From Lama guanicoe (Eukaryota): 64,000 nucleotides of DNA. The first letter of the stretch is position 1, and every line of letters starts with the position of its first letter. Both the position numbers and the translations under genes were made by a program. This document shows positions 39,301 to 52,310 of this stretch, in pieces. The notes under the pieces were generated by a model. It was not told the DNA's origin, did not search any database, and saw nothing but the letters and a program-made list of their open reading frames with translations. The stretch is from positions 4,853,846 to 4,917,845 of the forward strand of contig MU056737.1 of NCBI GenBank assembly GCA_013239625.1. Direction: 5' to 3'.

Positions 39301-42300
39301 CAGCCTCCAGAAAGTGGTTCCAGTCATCCGCTCGCCATGTACCCCAGGGCATCTCATCACTCAGCCTCAGCTGGACCCGCGGCAGGAGGAGCAGGTCCAC
39401 GCTGAGACCCTGCCCCGCCGTGCACGGATGCAGAGCCACACCTGTGTGGTTCACCCGCACCCGGCCTTCCCCATCTGCCCCCCTTTACACCACAGCACCG
39501 GATTTATTTGGTCAAGGTTTCGGGTGCTGGGACGCTATCCTATTCATTTTATTTCAGGGTAGTAAAGGGGGTGACTAAATACTTGTTACAGAAAGGTTGA
39601 GCCCTGCGGCTGAGCTAGACGCGACCTCCTGTGACCTTCTGCAGGGCTGAGCACCTAGGCGTGAGGAGCTCCGGCCGCAGGGCAGAGAGGGGCTCTCGGA
39701 TTAGGCAAAGGGACCTGAGCCACCGGAGGAAGACGGAGCAGGGAAGCCTGGGCATGTGGGAGGTGTGGACGGCGTGGACAGCGTGGACAGCAGCAGCTGC
39801 CCAGGGAGGGGCGGCAGGACTGCGAGGGGCACCGTGTGAACGGATGGGGCTGCTGCCCGGGGTGTGGGGAGTCACCCCGGCCCCGAGTTTCCTTGGGAAA
39901 AAGAACCATGTGTAATCACAGGCGTCTTTCCTCTCTGGTCCCTGCCACACAGGTCCCACATTCCCAACAGAGAATAAATGCGGGAGGGCAGGAACCACAC
40001 TCAAGTTTCAATTACCGCCAGGACGCAGAAGTCACGCGTAGTTAAATGACTAATTTGCAAGGGAGTAAAGCCCATTCCCAGATGAACCCAAGTCATTTCA
40101 TTCCTGAAGAGTTTACTCAGAATATTTATCTGCTTCCTGACACAGGAGGAGACTTCATCGCGGATAAGACTCCCCCTCAGGCTGACAAAGGCGCCCCGTC
40201 TCCCAGCTGCTTCCATGTGCAAACCCACCATGAGCTGGTCACCCCGGCACAGCCGGAGCCCCCCACGAGGCCCCCACTCCCCGCCCACTGGGTGGGGGTT
40301 CAGTTCAGAAGCAAAGGGAGGCCCGGGCCCTTGCAGCAGCACTGACGTCCCGCCGCTGCCCGTCCCCAGGCCCAGCGGCCCAAGGGGGCACCCGGGGAGC
40401 GGACAGCACTCCCTGGACGCTGGCCCGGGGGTACCTCCTCTCAGTGACTGGACAGACAGGAGGAGGCGACTCGGTGGGGAAGGCCGGGCAGGAGCACGTC
40501 TTCCCACACCTGCAAACGCGGCCAGTGACTCGGCCGGGGCCACCCCTTTGTTCCCACTTCTCTCCAAGGCTTGGCTATTTGCTCCCCCAAATACCCTACC
40601 CAGCAAATTTTCCTGAACAAAGTGCCTGGAAAAAAGACTCAGTAATACAACTCAGGGGCACCCCCTGAATAAAGGCATCGCCCAGAAAATGCACTAAATT
40701 AGGGTTTAATTGCTAGAAATTACTTTCAATTACAAAAAATTACGATAAATTACTTGTTGAATAGACACATTCTTTCACCACCATTAATAATTTAAAATAG
40801 CTAATTGCCTGTAATTGTGAGTAATTTCTGTTCTTTGGTGAGAGGCAAGGTGCTGCTTCTGCCACTGCCTGGCCAGGCCAGGGCCCTACTCGGGGCCGGG
40901 TCTCTGGGGGACAGAAGGCTGCCTGTGGGCCCTGCGAGGCCAGGGGTGGCTGCCTCGTCACCCTCGGCCACGCCAGGGATAAGGGCGAGTCCGGGTTTTC
41001 AGCTTCACCCGGATTCTCCAGAACACCATCTTGCTTGTCAACATTTCTGGCACCTTGAAACCCCAGACCCGCCTCCGATCCCGCCGTCCGCCCAGGTGTA
41101 TCCGCCCAACAGGTCTCGACCTCCTTCTCCACCAAGCCTGTCTTCTCCCTCTCTCCCGGGGCTCCTTTCCGCCTCATCGTCCTCCCATCCTCCCCCAACC
41201 GGGCCAGCTCCGTCCTGGCTCCCCCAGCGCCCATTCTGACCCCATAGCCCTGAAAGTCCCTCTCCCCAGGGTGAGCCGGGCCCCAGGACTGACCACAGCG
41301 AAGCGTCCAAAGTCCCCACGCAGACGACACCGAGGCGCCAGGAGCCTGGCCAGAGCCGGCGGCGAGCCCCACAGACCACAAGGGACAGGCCTGGTCAGGA
41401 GGCCCGACCCGCCCCGGCCTGAACTCGGACACAGCCCTCCCATCCAAGCTCACGTCTCTTCTGGGAGGAGAATCTGGAAAACCCTGACGTCAGTGAGGGG
41501 GCGGGTGACGGTGCAGGATGACCTCATGGAGTGGGGCCCCGTGAGGCCTGGCGGAGGGGATGGTCCTCCCTGACGCCGAGGGCGCGTCTGCCCCGGGCCC
41601 ACAGGGGATTCGGCGATGGTCACCGTGCAGCCCTGCAGGGCCACTTGTTTCCGGTGTCCCATCTCCACAGCCGAGTGGCCACCCCTGCTCCCTCCCAACT
41701 TTGCCACTCCTGCGTCAGGGCCCCACAGCACCCACGTGTCCTGCCCCCTGAGAAGCCCCCGGACAGGACACAGTCCAAGGCGTCACCTCAGACTTGAGCC
41801 CTAGGTCCGGGCGCTGAGGAGGGAGGGGCAGCAGGACAGCCACGCTCTCCAGGGCAGAACTGGGGGAGCGTGTGCCCCCGTCCTCCCCACCCCCCACCAC
41901 CCTGTGCTTCCTCGGGGCCACGCCTCCCGGAGTCTCCTGCATGAGGAGGCACAGATGTCCTTCCCTAGAGGCTCAGCCACAGGAGAGGAAGGTTAAACCT
42001 TCGCCCGGGGGGCGTCTTGTCCGGAGGGAGATGCGTGTCAGGTCCAGAGCCTCCCTGGGCGGCCGCACCTGCTCCTCCGGCCTATGCGTGGGTGCTTTCA
42101 GAAGCACAGGGACCCACGGATGAAAGAGCAGAGGCTGCCTGCCTCCAGGAAGTCACCGCCCGAGGAAAGAGGGGCTCCAGGTCAGATACCACCGCAGAAA
42201 AGCAACCACTGATCAGTAAGGCCCACCTCCCAACGTGGACGGGCAGAGCCCAGGGCCCGGCAGCCTGCTGGCAGCACATGGCCAGCCAGCGGGCAGCTGA

Positions 42301-44306
42301 GCTCCTGCCCTGGTAACCGTCCACCCAGCCCTGCTCCCAGCTGGGTCCCCGGGCCCCAGATCCGCAGTCTCCCCGACTCAGGGGCTCAGCCAGGAGCCAG
42401 AGCTCAGGGAGGTGTACTTTCTCCTGGAAGGTGCCGAGTGGCAGCGGCAGACACGCTGCCTGCCAGGGAGAAGGCCACGCGGGATGGGACGGGGCCCCTG
42501 TGGGCCCGCAGGGTCCTGACACCAGCCAGGAGGGGCAGGAAGGGGCCCCCACCTTCCCCCCTCCACCTGGAGATTCAAGATGCTCTCGTGAACCCGGAGA
42601 CTCCAGTCTCCACCACAAGCCGTTTTAACACATTTAATTGGTCCTCTCTGGGGATGTTTTTCAGACCAGCTCTTTGAAGACTCTCTTGTGGCGCTGAGAC
42701 CAAGGGCAGAAGCAGAGCGGCTGAGAGAGAAGACCTGATAGAAAGAGACACAGGAGGGGCAGGGGGCACGGCCGGCACTGGGGAGTGAGGACGCCACCCT
42801 TCCTGTCCCCGGATCCTCCAGCCACTTCATTCGCTCAACCAGAGAGAAGTCACAACCCTCTTTCTTTCCAAGGACCGTGTCACCAGCTTTTACATTTTCC
42901 CAAACGCTGGACAACAGAAGTGTGTTCTGAGAGAGCGTTTAACTTCCAGTTAAAGTTGGAGAAGTGAGAGGCCGAGGGTGGTGGGGGCGGCCGGGAGCAG
43001 TGCCATCGAGGACCAGGACAGAGCAGCCCTCAAAGCACCGTCTGCACACGGTCCCCACACCCTCTGCTCAGACCCCCGAGTGGGCCGGAGCTGCAGACCG
43101 CAGACCCTGGAGTGGCCCCCAGTCCCCTCAGTAAGGACGCACGCCCACCGTCCTTCCACGGAGAACGGGGTCACCACTGACCTCGAGGTCGGACGGGCAT
43201 CGTCACCCACAAAGCACTGTTACGCCCACCTCTCCGACGATGCTCCTGCCAATGGTGAGCATCTGGCCTGACGCGGCTGGTGGGGGCCACGGAGAGACTG
43301 GATGCCTGGAGCTAGGGCCTCTGTCCCACCACATCCCACTGAAGAAGACACAGGAACCCTGTCCCAAAATCCCATGTCCCCAGTCCACGCTCCTGGCAAG
43401 GACGTCCCCCACACAGGCTTCTGAATCAGTAACGTGAAACCAGAAGAAATCCTGCTGGTTTGCTTGAGGCTTAAGTGGCCTCAGATGCCCTGACCCCACA
43501 CAATTCACGTTTGCTAACAGGAGAAGGGGGTTTGCATTTTCAAGGGCACAAAACGTGAGGAGGGGCATCTCACTCCAGCCCCCCGAGCAGGCTGCTGCCC
43601 CGACCGGCCCTCCGTCCGTCCATCTGTGGTCTCTAAGCACACCTGCCCACCCCGCCTGCGGGCCTGCTCTGCTCTCCCACACAGGTCTAGCTGTCTGCAT
43701 TCCACCGACAAAGTCATCGTGCAGACCCACACACATCTGCAGAGGCGGGAAGTAATGAAGATATTTACTGGAGTGTGGTTATTTTTGTTTTATTTTGTTT
43801 TAAGTCTAAGGTCTAGGACCACCCACTTCCCACCTCGTTTTTTTTTCTTTTAACATTTTTTATTGATTTATAATCATTTTACAATGTTGTGTCAAATTTC
43901 AGTGTAGAGCACAATTTTTCAGTTATACATGAACATGCATATATTCATTGTCACATTCCTTTCTCTGTGAGCTACCATAAGATCTTGTATATATTTCCCT
44001 GTGCTACACAGTATAATCTTGTTTATCTTTTCTACAATTTTGAAATCCCAGTCTATCCCTTCCCATCCTCTGCCCCCTTGGAAACCACAGTTTGTATTCT
44101 ATGTCTATGAGTCTGTTTCTGTTTTGTATTTATGCTTTGTTTGTTTGTTTGCTTTTTAGATTCCACATATGAGCGATCTCATATGATATTTTTCTTTCTC
44201 TTTCTGGCTTACTTCGCTTAGAATGACATTCTCCAGGTGCATCCATGTTACTGCAAATGGCGTTATGTTGTCAGTTTTTATGGCTGAGTAGTATTCCATT
44301 GTATAT

Positions 44307-45447
44307 CTACCATATCTTCTTCATCCAGTCACCTGTTGATGGACATTTAGGCTGTTTCCACATCTTGGCTATTGTAAATAATGCTGCTATGAACATTGAG
44401 GTGCAGGTGTCATCCAGAAGGGTTCCTTCTGGATATAAGCCCAGGAGTGGGATTCTTGGGTCATATGGTAANNNNNNNNNNNNNNNNNNNNNNNNNNNNN
44501 NNNNNNNNNNNNNNNNNNNNNNNNNNNNNNNNNNNNNNNNNNNNNNNNNNNNNNNNNNNNNNNNNNNNNNNNNNNNNNNNNNNNNNNNNNNNNNNNNNNN
44601 NNNNNNNATGATGGCCATTCTGGCTGGTGTGAGGTGATACCTCATTGTAGTTTTGATTTGCATTTCTCTGATAATTAGTGATATTGAGCATTTTTTCATG
44701 TGTCTATTGATCATTTGTACGTCTTCCTTGGAGAATTGCTTGTTTAGGTCTTCTGCCCATTTTTGGATTGGGTTGTTTATTTTCTTCTTATTGAGTCGTA
44801 TGAGCTGCTTATATATTCTGGAGATCAAGCCTTTGTCGGTTTCATTTGCAAAAATTTTCTCCCATTCTGTAGGTTGTCGTTTTGTTTTACTTATGGTTTC
44901 CTTTGCTGTGCAGAAGCTTATAAGTTTCATTAGGTCCCATTTGTTTATTCTTGCTTTTATTTCTTCTAGGAGAAAATTTTTGAGATGTACGTCAGATAAT
45001 GTTTTGCCTATATTTTCCTCTAGGAGGTTTATTGTATCTTGTCTTATGTTTAAGTCTTTGATCCATCTTGAGTTGATTTTTGTGTATGGTGTAAGGGAGT
45101 GTTCTAGCTTCATTGATTTACATGCTGCTGTCCAGTTTTCCCAACACCATTTGCTGAAGAGACTGTCTTTATTCCATTGTATATTCTTGCCTCCTTTGTC
45201 GAAGATGAGTTGACCAAAAGTTTGTGGGTTCATTTCTGGGCTCTCTATTCTGTTCCATTGGTCTATATGTCTGTTTTGGTACCAATACCATGCTGTCTTG
45301 ATGACTGTAGCTCTATAGTATTGTCTGAAGTCTGGGAGAGTTATTCCTCCAGCCTCTTTCTTTCTCTTCAGTAATGCTTTAGCAATTCTAGGTCTTTGAT
45401 GGTTCCATATAAATTTTATTATGATTTGTTCTAGTTCTGTGAAATAT
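44307..45447 (-). pseudogene. L1 ORF2p C-terminal remnant
   Basis: ORF 44307..45233 plus open upstream codons to the gap at 45448. It ends at a premature TAG (W-stop where L1 normally continues WYIYTMEYY). Confidence 0.9.
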
Positions 45448-46374
45448 NNNNNNNNNNNNNNNNNNNNNNNNNNNNNNNNNNNNNNNNNNNNNNNNNNNNN
45501 NNNNNNNNNNNNNNNNNNNNNNNNNNNNNNNNNNNNNNNNNNNNNNNNNNNNNNNNNNNNNNNNNNNNNNNNNNNNNNNNNNNNNNNNNNNNNNNNNNNN
45601 NNNNNNNNNNNNNNNNNNNNNNNNNNNNNNNNNNNNNNNNNNNNNNNNNNNNNNNNTACTTTAGGTGCTATTTTAAAGGGGATTGTTTCTTTACTTTCTT
45701 TTTCTGTTGATTCATCGTTAGTGTAAAGAAATCCAACTGATTTTTGAACGTTAATTTTGTAACCTGCTACCTTGCTGAATTCTTCAATCAGCTCTAGTAG
45801 TTATTCTGTGGACCTTTTAGGGTTTTCTATACATAGTAACATGTTGTCGGCATATAGTGNNNNNNNNNNNNNNNNNNNNNNNNNNNNNNNNNNNNNNNNN
45901 NNNNNNNNNNNNNNNNNNNNNNNNNNNNNNNNNNNNNNNNNNNNNNNNNNNNNNNNNNNNNNNNNNNNNNNNNNNNNNNNNNNNNNNNNNNNNNNNNNNN
46001 NNNNTTTGAGTTTTTCACCGTTGAGTACTATGCTGGCTNNNNNNNNNNNNNNNNNNNNNNNNNNNNNNNNNNNNNNNNNNNNNNNNNNNNNNNNNNNNNN
46101 NNNNNNNNNNNNNNNNNNNNNNNNNNNNNNNNNNNNNNNNNNNNNNNNNNNNNNNNNNNNNNNNNNNNNNNNNNNNNNNNNNNNNNNNNNNNNNNNNNNN
46201 NNNNNNNNNNNNNNNNNNNNNNNNNNNNNNNNNNNNNNNNNNNNNNNNNNNNNNNNNNNNNNNNNNNNNNNNNNNNNNNNNNNNNNNNNNNNNNNNNNNN
46301 NNNNNNNNNNNNNNNNNNNNNNNNNNNNNNNNNNNNNNNNNNNNNNNNNNNNNNNNNNNNNNNNNNNNNNNNNN
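44472..46374. other. Four assembly gaps (44472-44607, 45448-45656, 45860-46004, 46039-46374)
   Basis: N runs, all within the young L1. Confidence 0.99.
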
Positions 46375-47379
46375 TTTGGTGGTGTCTTTGCCTGGTTTTG
46401 GTATCAGGGTGATGGTGGCTTCATAGCATGAGTTTGGGAGTAGTCCCTCGTTTTCAATCATCTGGAAGAGTTTGAGAAAAGAACTGGTATGAGTTCTTCT
46501 TTGTATGTTTGGTAGAATTCCCTGGTGAAGCCATCCGGTCCTGGACTTTTATTTGTAGGGAGATTTTTTTATTGCTAATTCAATTTCATTTCTAGTGATC
46601 GGTTTGTTCAAGTGGTCAGTTTCTTCTTGATTCAGTCTTGGTGGACAGTATGTTTCCAGAAACTTGTCCCTCTCCTCTAGGTTATCCAGTTTGGTTCCAT
46701 ATAGTTTTTCGTAACATCCTCGTATGATATTCTGTATTTCGATTTTATTTGTTGTAATTTCTCCATTTGCCTTTATTATTTTGCTAATTCGTGCTCTCTC
46801 TTGTTTTTTTTTCCTTGTGAGTTTTGCCAGAGGTTTGTCGATTCTATTTTCCCGCCTCGTTTTAATGAATAAACTAGATTTTGGTTAGTTTCTAATGGTT
46901 TACAACAGGTGTTTATCTGTTTGCTTTGTGTCTTGACACCTGGGATTCCCAGACTGAGTGAAACGGGGTTCTGTGTCAGGAGCACAGCCCAGGATAGCTG
47001 GGACGGACGCTGGGCGTCGTCAGCACTGCGGGCTGCCTGCCTTACTGCTTCTGGTTTGTGATAATTCATCGGAGGCTGAATACAGTGTTAAAAGAAATTC
47101 TCTGTCTGCACCAATGTTCCTGCAGTTTGTAATTCAATTCAAGTAAAAGTGACGTCTTCATAGAGCTTTGCCGTCTACTCCTGTCGGGCCACCCAGAACC
47201 CTACAAAACCAGCAAGTTTAACTGGGGAAGAGAGAGATGTAAGGGGGAGAAAGAAGAGGAGGAGGGTGAAAACCACTTCCAAACTGAGAGGCCCAGACAC
47301 CCACGTGCAGTGTCTGCCCACCCAGTCTAAAGGCTGTTATCTCATGGGGCAAGTAGCACACGAGCCTGCGACGTGAGCC

Positions 47380-48350
47380 ATTTCCGAGATGGGAGTCTGG
47401 TTGTCTCTCGACCTCTACAGCACTCAGTGAGGGTTAGGACAGAATCCCATCGCATTCAGCCGGTAAACGGGTGCCCCCCCCCACTTCCTGCATCTCTCAG
47501 AAATGCCGGGTTCTCGGTGCTTCTGGAAGCTTCCAGGCGTCTCGACTTCCGCCTCTGCTGCTGCATGTACTTCTCTGGAGGGTGAAGCTCTGTCACGTCT
47601 GAAATAAAGCCCCCTGCAGGGTGTTCACAGGCAGGTGCCTGCCCACCTCCCAGTCAGCTCTTCCACAGACGCTCCCCAGTGCCCCAGTCAGTCAAGCCTT
47701 CACAGGGACGGAGCCCCCCTGACCTCACACTGTAAAATTTAAAAGCATGCCTGTAGTTTGCATCAGAAAAAAATGCAAGATTTTAAAGTCCTCAAAGTAA
47801 GAAACCTCGCCTCCACCATCAGGGCAGTGTATACTTTATCAACGTTCCCTGAACCTAAAGGGCACCTTGGCCTCTTCCAGAGGACAGATTTGCTGCTCAA
47901 ACACACGTAAATGAGAAAGACTTTGGTTTGTCATCAATGACACTTTGTGGGAGGTCCTCGCCTCATGTCTGGTTCCCACACCTGGAGTGAGTCTCTCACG
48001 TGAACCACAGGTTCGCCCTGGGGCCAGCTGATGGCACCCCGGCTGGGACAATGGAGTCCCATCCCTGCATCTGCGCTGCCTCGAGGATGAGGCATGCAGC
48101 CCCAGCCGCCGGCTCCTGGAAGACAGATGGCGCCGTGGAAACGAGCCTGCGTCAGCCCCGCCAGTGGAGGGACCACTGGAGGAGGCCTGTGAGGCGGCAG
48201 CAAGAGGTAAGAGCAGAGATCCCGGCCGGGCCTGAAGGGACACGGAATCTGGGCCCCCAGGGCCGTGCAGTGGGGACCCTCCGTGGCTGAGCCCGGCCTC
48301 ACGGCATCCACAACACCCTGCCCTGTCGGCACCTCGGAGCTGGCACAGTG
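47380..48350. mobile_element. Possible MLT-type LTR relics (about 47380-47590 and 48050-48350)
   Basis: Weak motif resemblance (ttctcggtgcttctggaagcttcc...cgcctctgc; cagcc.ccggctcctggaagac...ggaaacgag). Highly diverged. Confidence 0.3.
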
Positions 48351-51300
48351 TCATCACGCTGTGACTCTCAGGTGCCACGACAGTGATCAACCACTCGTTA
48401 AACAGAGATGAACTTGCTGGCTAACCGAGGCCCTCTCGGCCACCCTCTCATGACCACAGCCCATCTTTCTGAGGCAGGGGACGGGCCAGGGCGTGTGGAA
48501 CGTGGCCCGGGGTGCTGTACACCTGCCCCGTGGGCTCCTCTTCACACCTGAGGACCCGAGGGAAGGCCAGGCTCCGGCCGGCCAAAAACCGGTCAGACAG
48601 TGAAGGGCGGGAGTCCGCAGCATCACAGAAAGCACGAGCCTTTCACGCCTGAACGGCCCAGTTACTCTGCTCTCCGGGAGAAAATGGTGAGGAGGCAACG
48701 TGCAGGTGGCCGAGTCCCCTGGAATCGGGTTCCCAGAGGAGCAGGCGGCCCTGCACCGTGTCTGGTATCGCAGCTCCCAGAGGCCAGGAGCAGAGCTTGA
48801 AACCCCATCACACTTTCTGTCCTAACCACATGGCTGCCGCCACGTTTCAGGCCGAGCAACACTGAGAAGCAGCTGTGAGCGCTCTGGCTCTGCTGTCAGT
48901 CGCCCGGAGCCACTTCTGAAACGGACCAGGAGCGGCCCTGCCCGAGGGAGTGTGCCGGGACGCCGGAGGAGCCCCTCCATGGGCAGAGGGACGGGCAGCA
49001 GGGGAGAGGCGCGAGCTCGCAGGGCAGAGCTGGGTTCTCCCTCCGGACTCCCCAGGGGCCCCTCCCTCTAGAGGGTCCCAAAGCGCCGCCCGAGGGCCTC
49101 CGCGCATCCAGGGCGCCAGGGTGGTCACGAGGTCACCAAGGCACTGTTTGCCTCTTCGCTTTATTTTCCTTCACACGAGAGTCTCCCAGAGGCTGTGTGG
49201 GTGGAAACTGCCTAGAACGAGTCAGATAGGAGTACCCAGCTGTTTTCTATTAAGCCAAACATTAAGGAAATGTGCAAAAATGTAAAACAAAACACGAACG
49301 CCACACTTGGCACATTCTTCAATGTTTGGAACACAGTTATTATGGTTACTGTGTAATGAGTTTATTATGATTATTTTTATTTTTGAATGAATTTTTAATG
49401 TTCTCAATTTTTAATTTCTACAACAGCAAAAGTGGTTAGTACTATCCCCCCAAAAAAAGCCCAGAAGCTATTTGGGGTCTTCGGTAATTGTTAATAACAT
49501 AGCGGGTCCTGAGATCAGAAGTCTGAGCACCGCTGCCGTCCGCCCTGCCGTTGGGAGCTCTGATCCCAGCTCTTCATGAGGCGGCGCTGGGACCTTGAAC
49601 CGCCTTGTGCCTCTGTGTGTGCTTGTTCATTTAATCTACCAGATAAAAAGGTGTGTCCTCCCCAGAGCAAGAAGAAAGCGTTGGGCCACTGAAGCCACAG
49701 TTGTCCACACAGCACACCCTTCTGTGCTGCTCTGAGCACTGCCGCTCCCCATCATCCTACGGACACTGTAACAAACACATCACAGCACTTCACTGCACAG
49801 GACTGAAATGCCACCGAACTTGCTGTTTGAACGCCTTACAACATTCAGATAAGAAATATAAGACACGAACAGGGAGCAAGTGATTGGTATGTTTGCATTT
49901 AAAACAAGTTTCAGGTAACACAGAGACTGTTAGTCCCACTTCATATGAAAAATGTGACTAAGACGTCGGAATCCCCTGGGGAACTGTGAAGAGCGGCTGA
50001 CGGCAGGCCCCACGAGACAGCAGCCACGTGGGAGTCTTCGGGGTGAGGATCCGACGACCTCCCCTCCGAGGCTTCCCCGGCTGCGTCCGTGTGACCCAGG
50101 GCTCGAGCTGCTGTTCTGAACCCACAACAGCTCGCCTCGTCCAGTGCAGAGCGAGTCGGGGGCTGTGTTTAACAAGGAAAGGGCAAGGCAGGAAATGGGC
50201 CCTCGTTTCTGTGTTGGACAAAGCAGAGGGTAGACACACACACAGAGAGACTGGGGCGTGGAGCGAGCGGGCAGGAGAACTGGCTGAGTGGTGAACTGAC
50301 TCTGGGGAGGCGGACGCAGCCTGGCAGCGAAGTGCCGGCTCAGCCCTGATTCCCACGTGAAACAGGCGGAGCAACTGGATGGTGAGCAAAACCCAAGACC
50401 ACACTAAATTCACACTGAAGTGAAGTTGTCTCCAAGGACAGTCACCCGAGGACCACGTCCAGGTAAAGGGGGGGACGGGGAACCAGACACCTCCGGAATA
50501 AGCTGCAGGCGTCCTCCTCAAAAACAGCAGGAAGAGACCGTCAGGGACAGTGGGAACCGGCCCGTTCAGGGCCCCGGGCAGGAGTTGGGGGAGCGCACTC
50601 AGGCACGGCCGAGCGGCAGGAGGACCAGCAGACTTGCTTTGTGACCAGCCCTGCGTCCACCCCCACGCCGCAGTCACAGCGGAAACAAGCCAGCGGCCGC
50701 AGGAGAGGGCGGGGCGGCTGGAGCCCCTAACGCCTCGTCACCGGGAGACCGTCACCACCTGCTGGCTGCTCCCTCCAGGCCCCACGTGCCTTCATGCAGC
50801 CTGACTTGCAGCTCGCCGTGCCTGAAAGCCCCTCCCAGGGGCAGCTGCTGGAAACATTCAGAGACACGCTGACCTTCTCAGCTGCCTGAGGTGGGGTAAC
50901 GTGGGGGCAAACGATAGGCTAACCAAAAAGCTAAAGGAAAGACGCGGGAACGAGGTGTCCACGGGGGCTCCGTAGAGCTGACCCGTAATCCTGGGAGTCT
51001 GGGTGGCCACCAGCTGGGGCAGGGCTGACCGCAGGCCCAGGGCGGTCGTCTGCTCAGGAAAGACAGGAGAAGTCCCAGCGCCCACCCCTGGGTGACCCCG
51101 AGGCTCTGAGCCAGCAGGAAGTGCAGGTCCAGGCAGAGCTGTCGGCTGCCCGGCTGAGCGTTTAGGTGTGTCCAACATGTACAGAACCTTCAGCAAAGCC
51201 TGGGAGACTTACTGGTTCCAGATTCTTAAGGAAACTGGTCCGATCATTATCTGACCACTAAGCCGGCTGACCCTGACTGTGGTGGCCACGCGCAGCAGAG

Positions 51301-51429
51301 AGCACGCACGACACCATCCGTTCACCAAAGTCACCGCACAGACGGTGATGAACTCCTGCAGCACCTGGAGGAGGGGAGGAGCCCAGCCGCAGGGCCGTCA
51401 CACTGTGCCGTTTAAAACACCCAGCTTTC

Positions 51430-52310
51430 GGTGGACAGTTCTGGTGCCTGCAAGAAACAGGGAAAGATGCTCCACACGTAGAGGGGAAATCACACAGTAA
51501 AAACCGGCCGGGGAGACAGACTCATGTGAGATGTTTTAAGTGTGTTCCAAAAACTAAAGGAGACCACATCTGAAGAACTAGTGGAAAGAATGTCTCCTCG
51601 AGTAGCAAACACCGATAAAGAGATCAGAGCGCAGTTTTCAGAGAAACAGCAGAAATTCTTCAGCTGAAAGTTACAGTAACCGATATGCAAGCTCACCAGG
51701 GAAGCCAACAGCAGATCTGAGCAGGCGAAGAACCTGTCATTTCAAGGATCGTCAAACGAGATCATCCAGCCCGAGGAACGGGAAGGAAGAAGAACGAGGA
51801 AAAATGCCCAGAGCCTGAGAGACGCCATCAACTGCACCAGCACACACGCAACAGAAGCCTCAATCGGAGGAGAGAGGGATGCGGCTGAAGAACACCTGAA
51901 GAAATGACGGCCCAAGCACCCCAAATGGGTGAAAAGCACGAATCCACACACCCAGGACGCTCGGCAAAGCCCAAGCAGGACGTGAACCCAGAGCCCCCAC
52001 TCCAGCGTCACGTGGACAGAAGCCAACGCGAGGGTCTCGAAGGCAGCCAGAGCGGAGAGCGCGCGACACGCCACGGGCCCTCGACAGGCTGGCGGCCTGC
52101 TTCCTCAGAAGCCACGGAGGCCAGAGGCAGTGGGACTACCTTTTCAGAATTCTAGAAGACCGTCAGCCAAGAATTCTATAGCCATTAAAACGATCTTCTA
52201 AAAATGAAGGAGAAATTGACACGTTCTCAAACAAAAACAGAGCCCACTGCTAGCAAACCTTCCCTAAGAGACAAATGTGTGTTTCACTTTACAATAAAAA
52301 GATTAAAAAG
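51430..52310 (+). mobile_element. Old L1 ORF1 remnant, GC-shifted, ending in an AATAAA/A-rich tail
   Basis: gaaattcttcagctgaaag.tacagtaac.ga, aacagcagatctgagcaggc.gaaga, cagagcctgagagac, aggcagccagag, ctcagaagccacggaggccagaggcagtggga, gtcagccaagaattctata.gcca, aaaaatgaaggagaaat are L1 ORF1 landmarks. Confidence 0.85.

Larger units (their letters stand above)
43842..46848 (-). mobile_element. Young 5'-truncated L1 (camelid L1-like), about 3.0 kb, with a 15-bp TSD
   Basis: ORF2 C-terminal frame is open apart from one gap (...[33 protein letters not shown]...[24 protein letters not shown]...). The poly-A tail appears as a T-run at 43838-43851. TSD TTCCCACCTCGTTTT (43827-43841) / TTCCCGCCTCGTTTT (46849-46863) is followed by AA. 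Confidence 0.97.

Noticed and set aside
39763-39792. Short tandem repeats (GTGGAC(A/G)GC x3; also CTCACG x3 near 63888)
   Set aside because: Too short to be more than local slippage.
41038-41075. Minus-strand GVSRCQKC resembling exon 3 GVFGRCQK
   Set aside because: It is followed by a stop, has no acceptor or further similarity, and the true exon 3 is at 58062-58175.
44653-45213. 186-aa plus-strand ORF
   Set aside because: It is the antisense frame of L1 ORF2, a common artefact.
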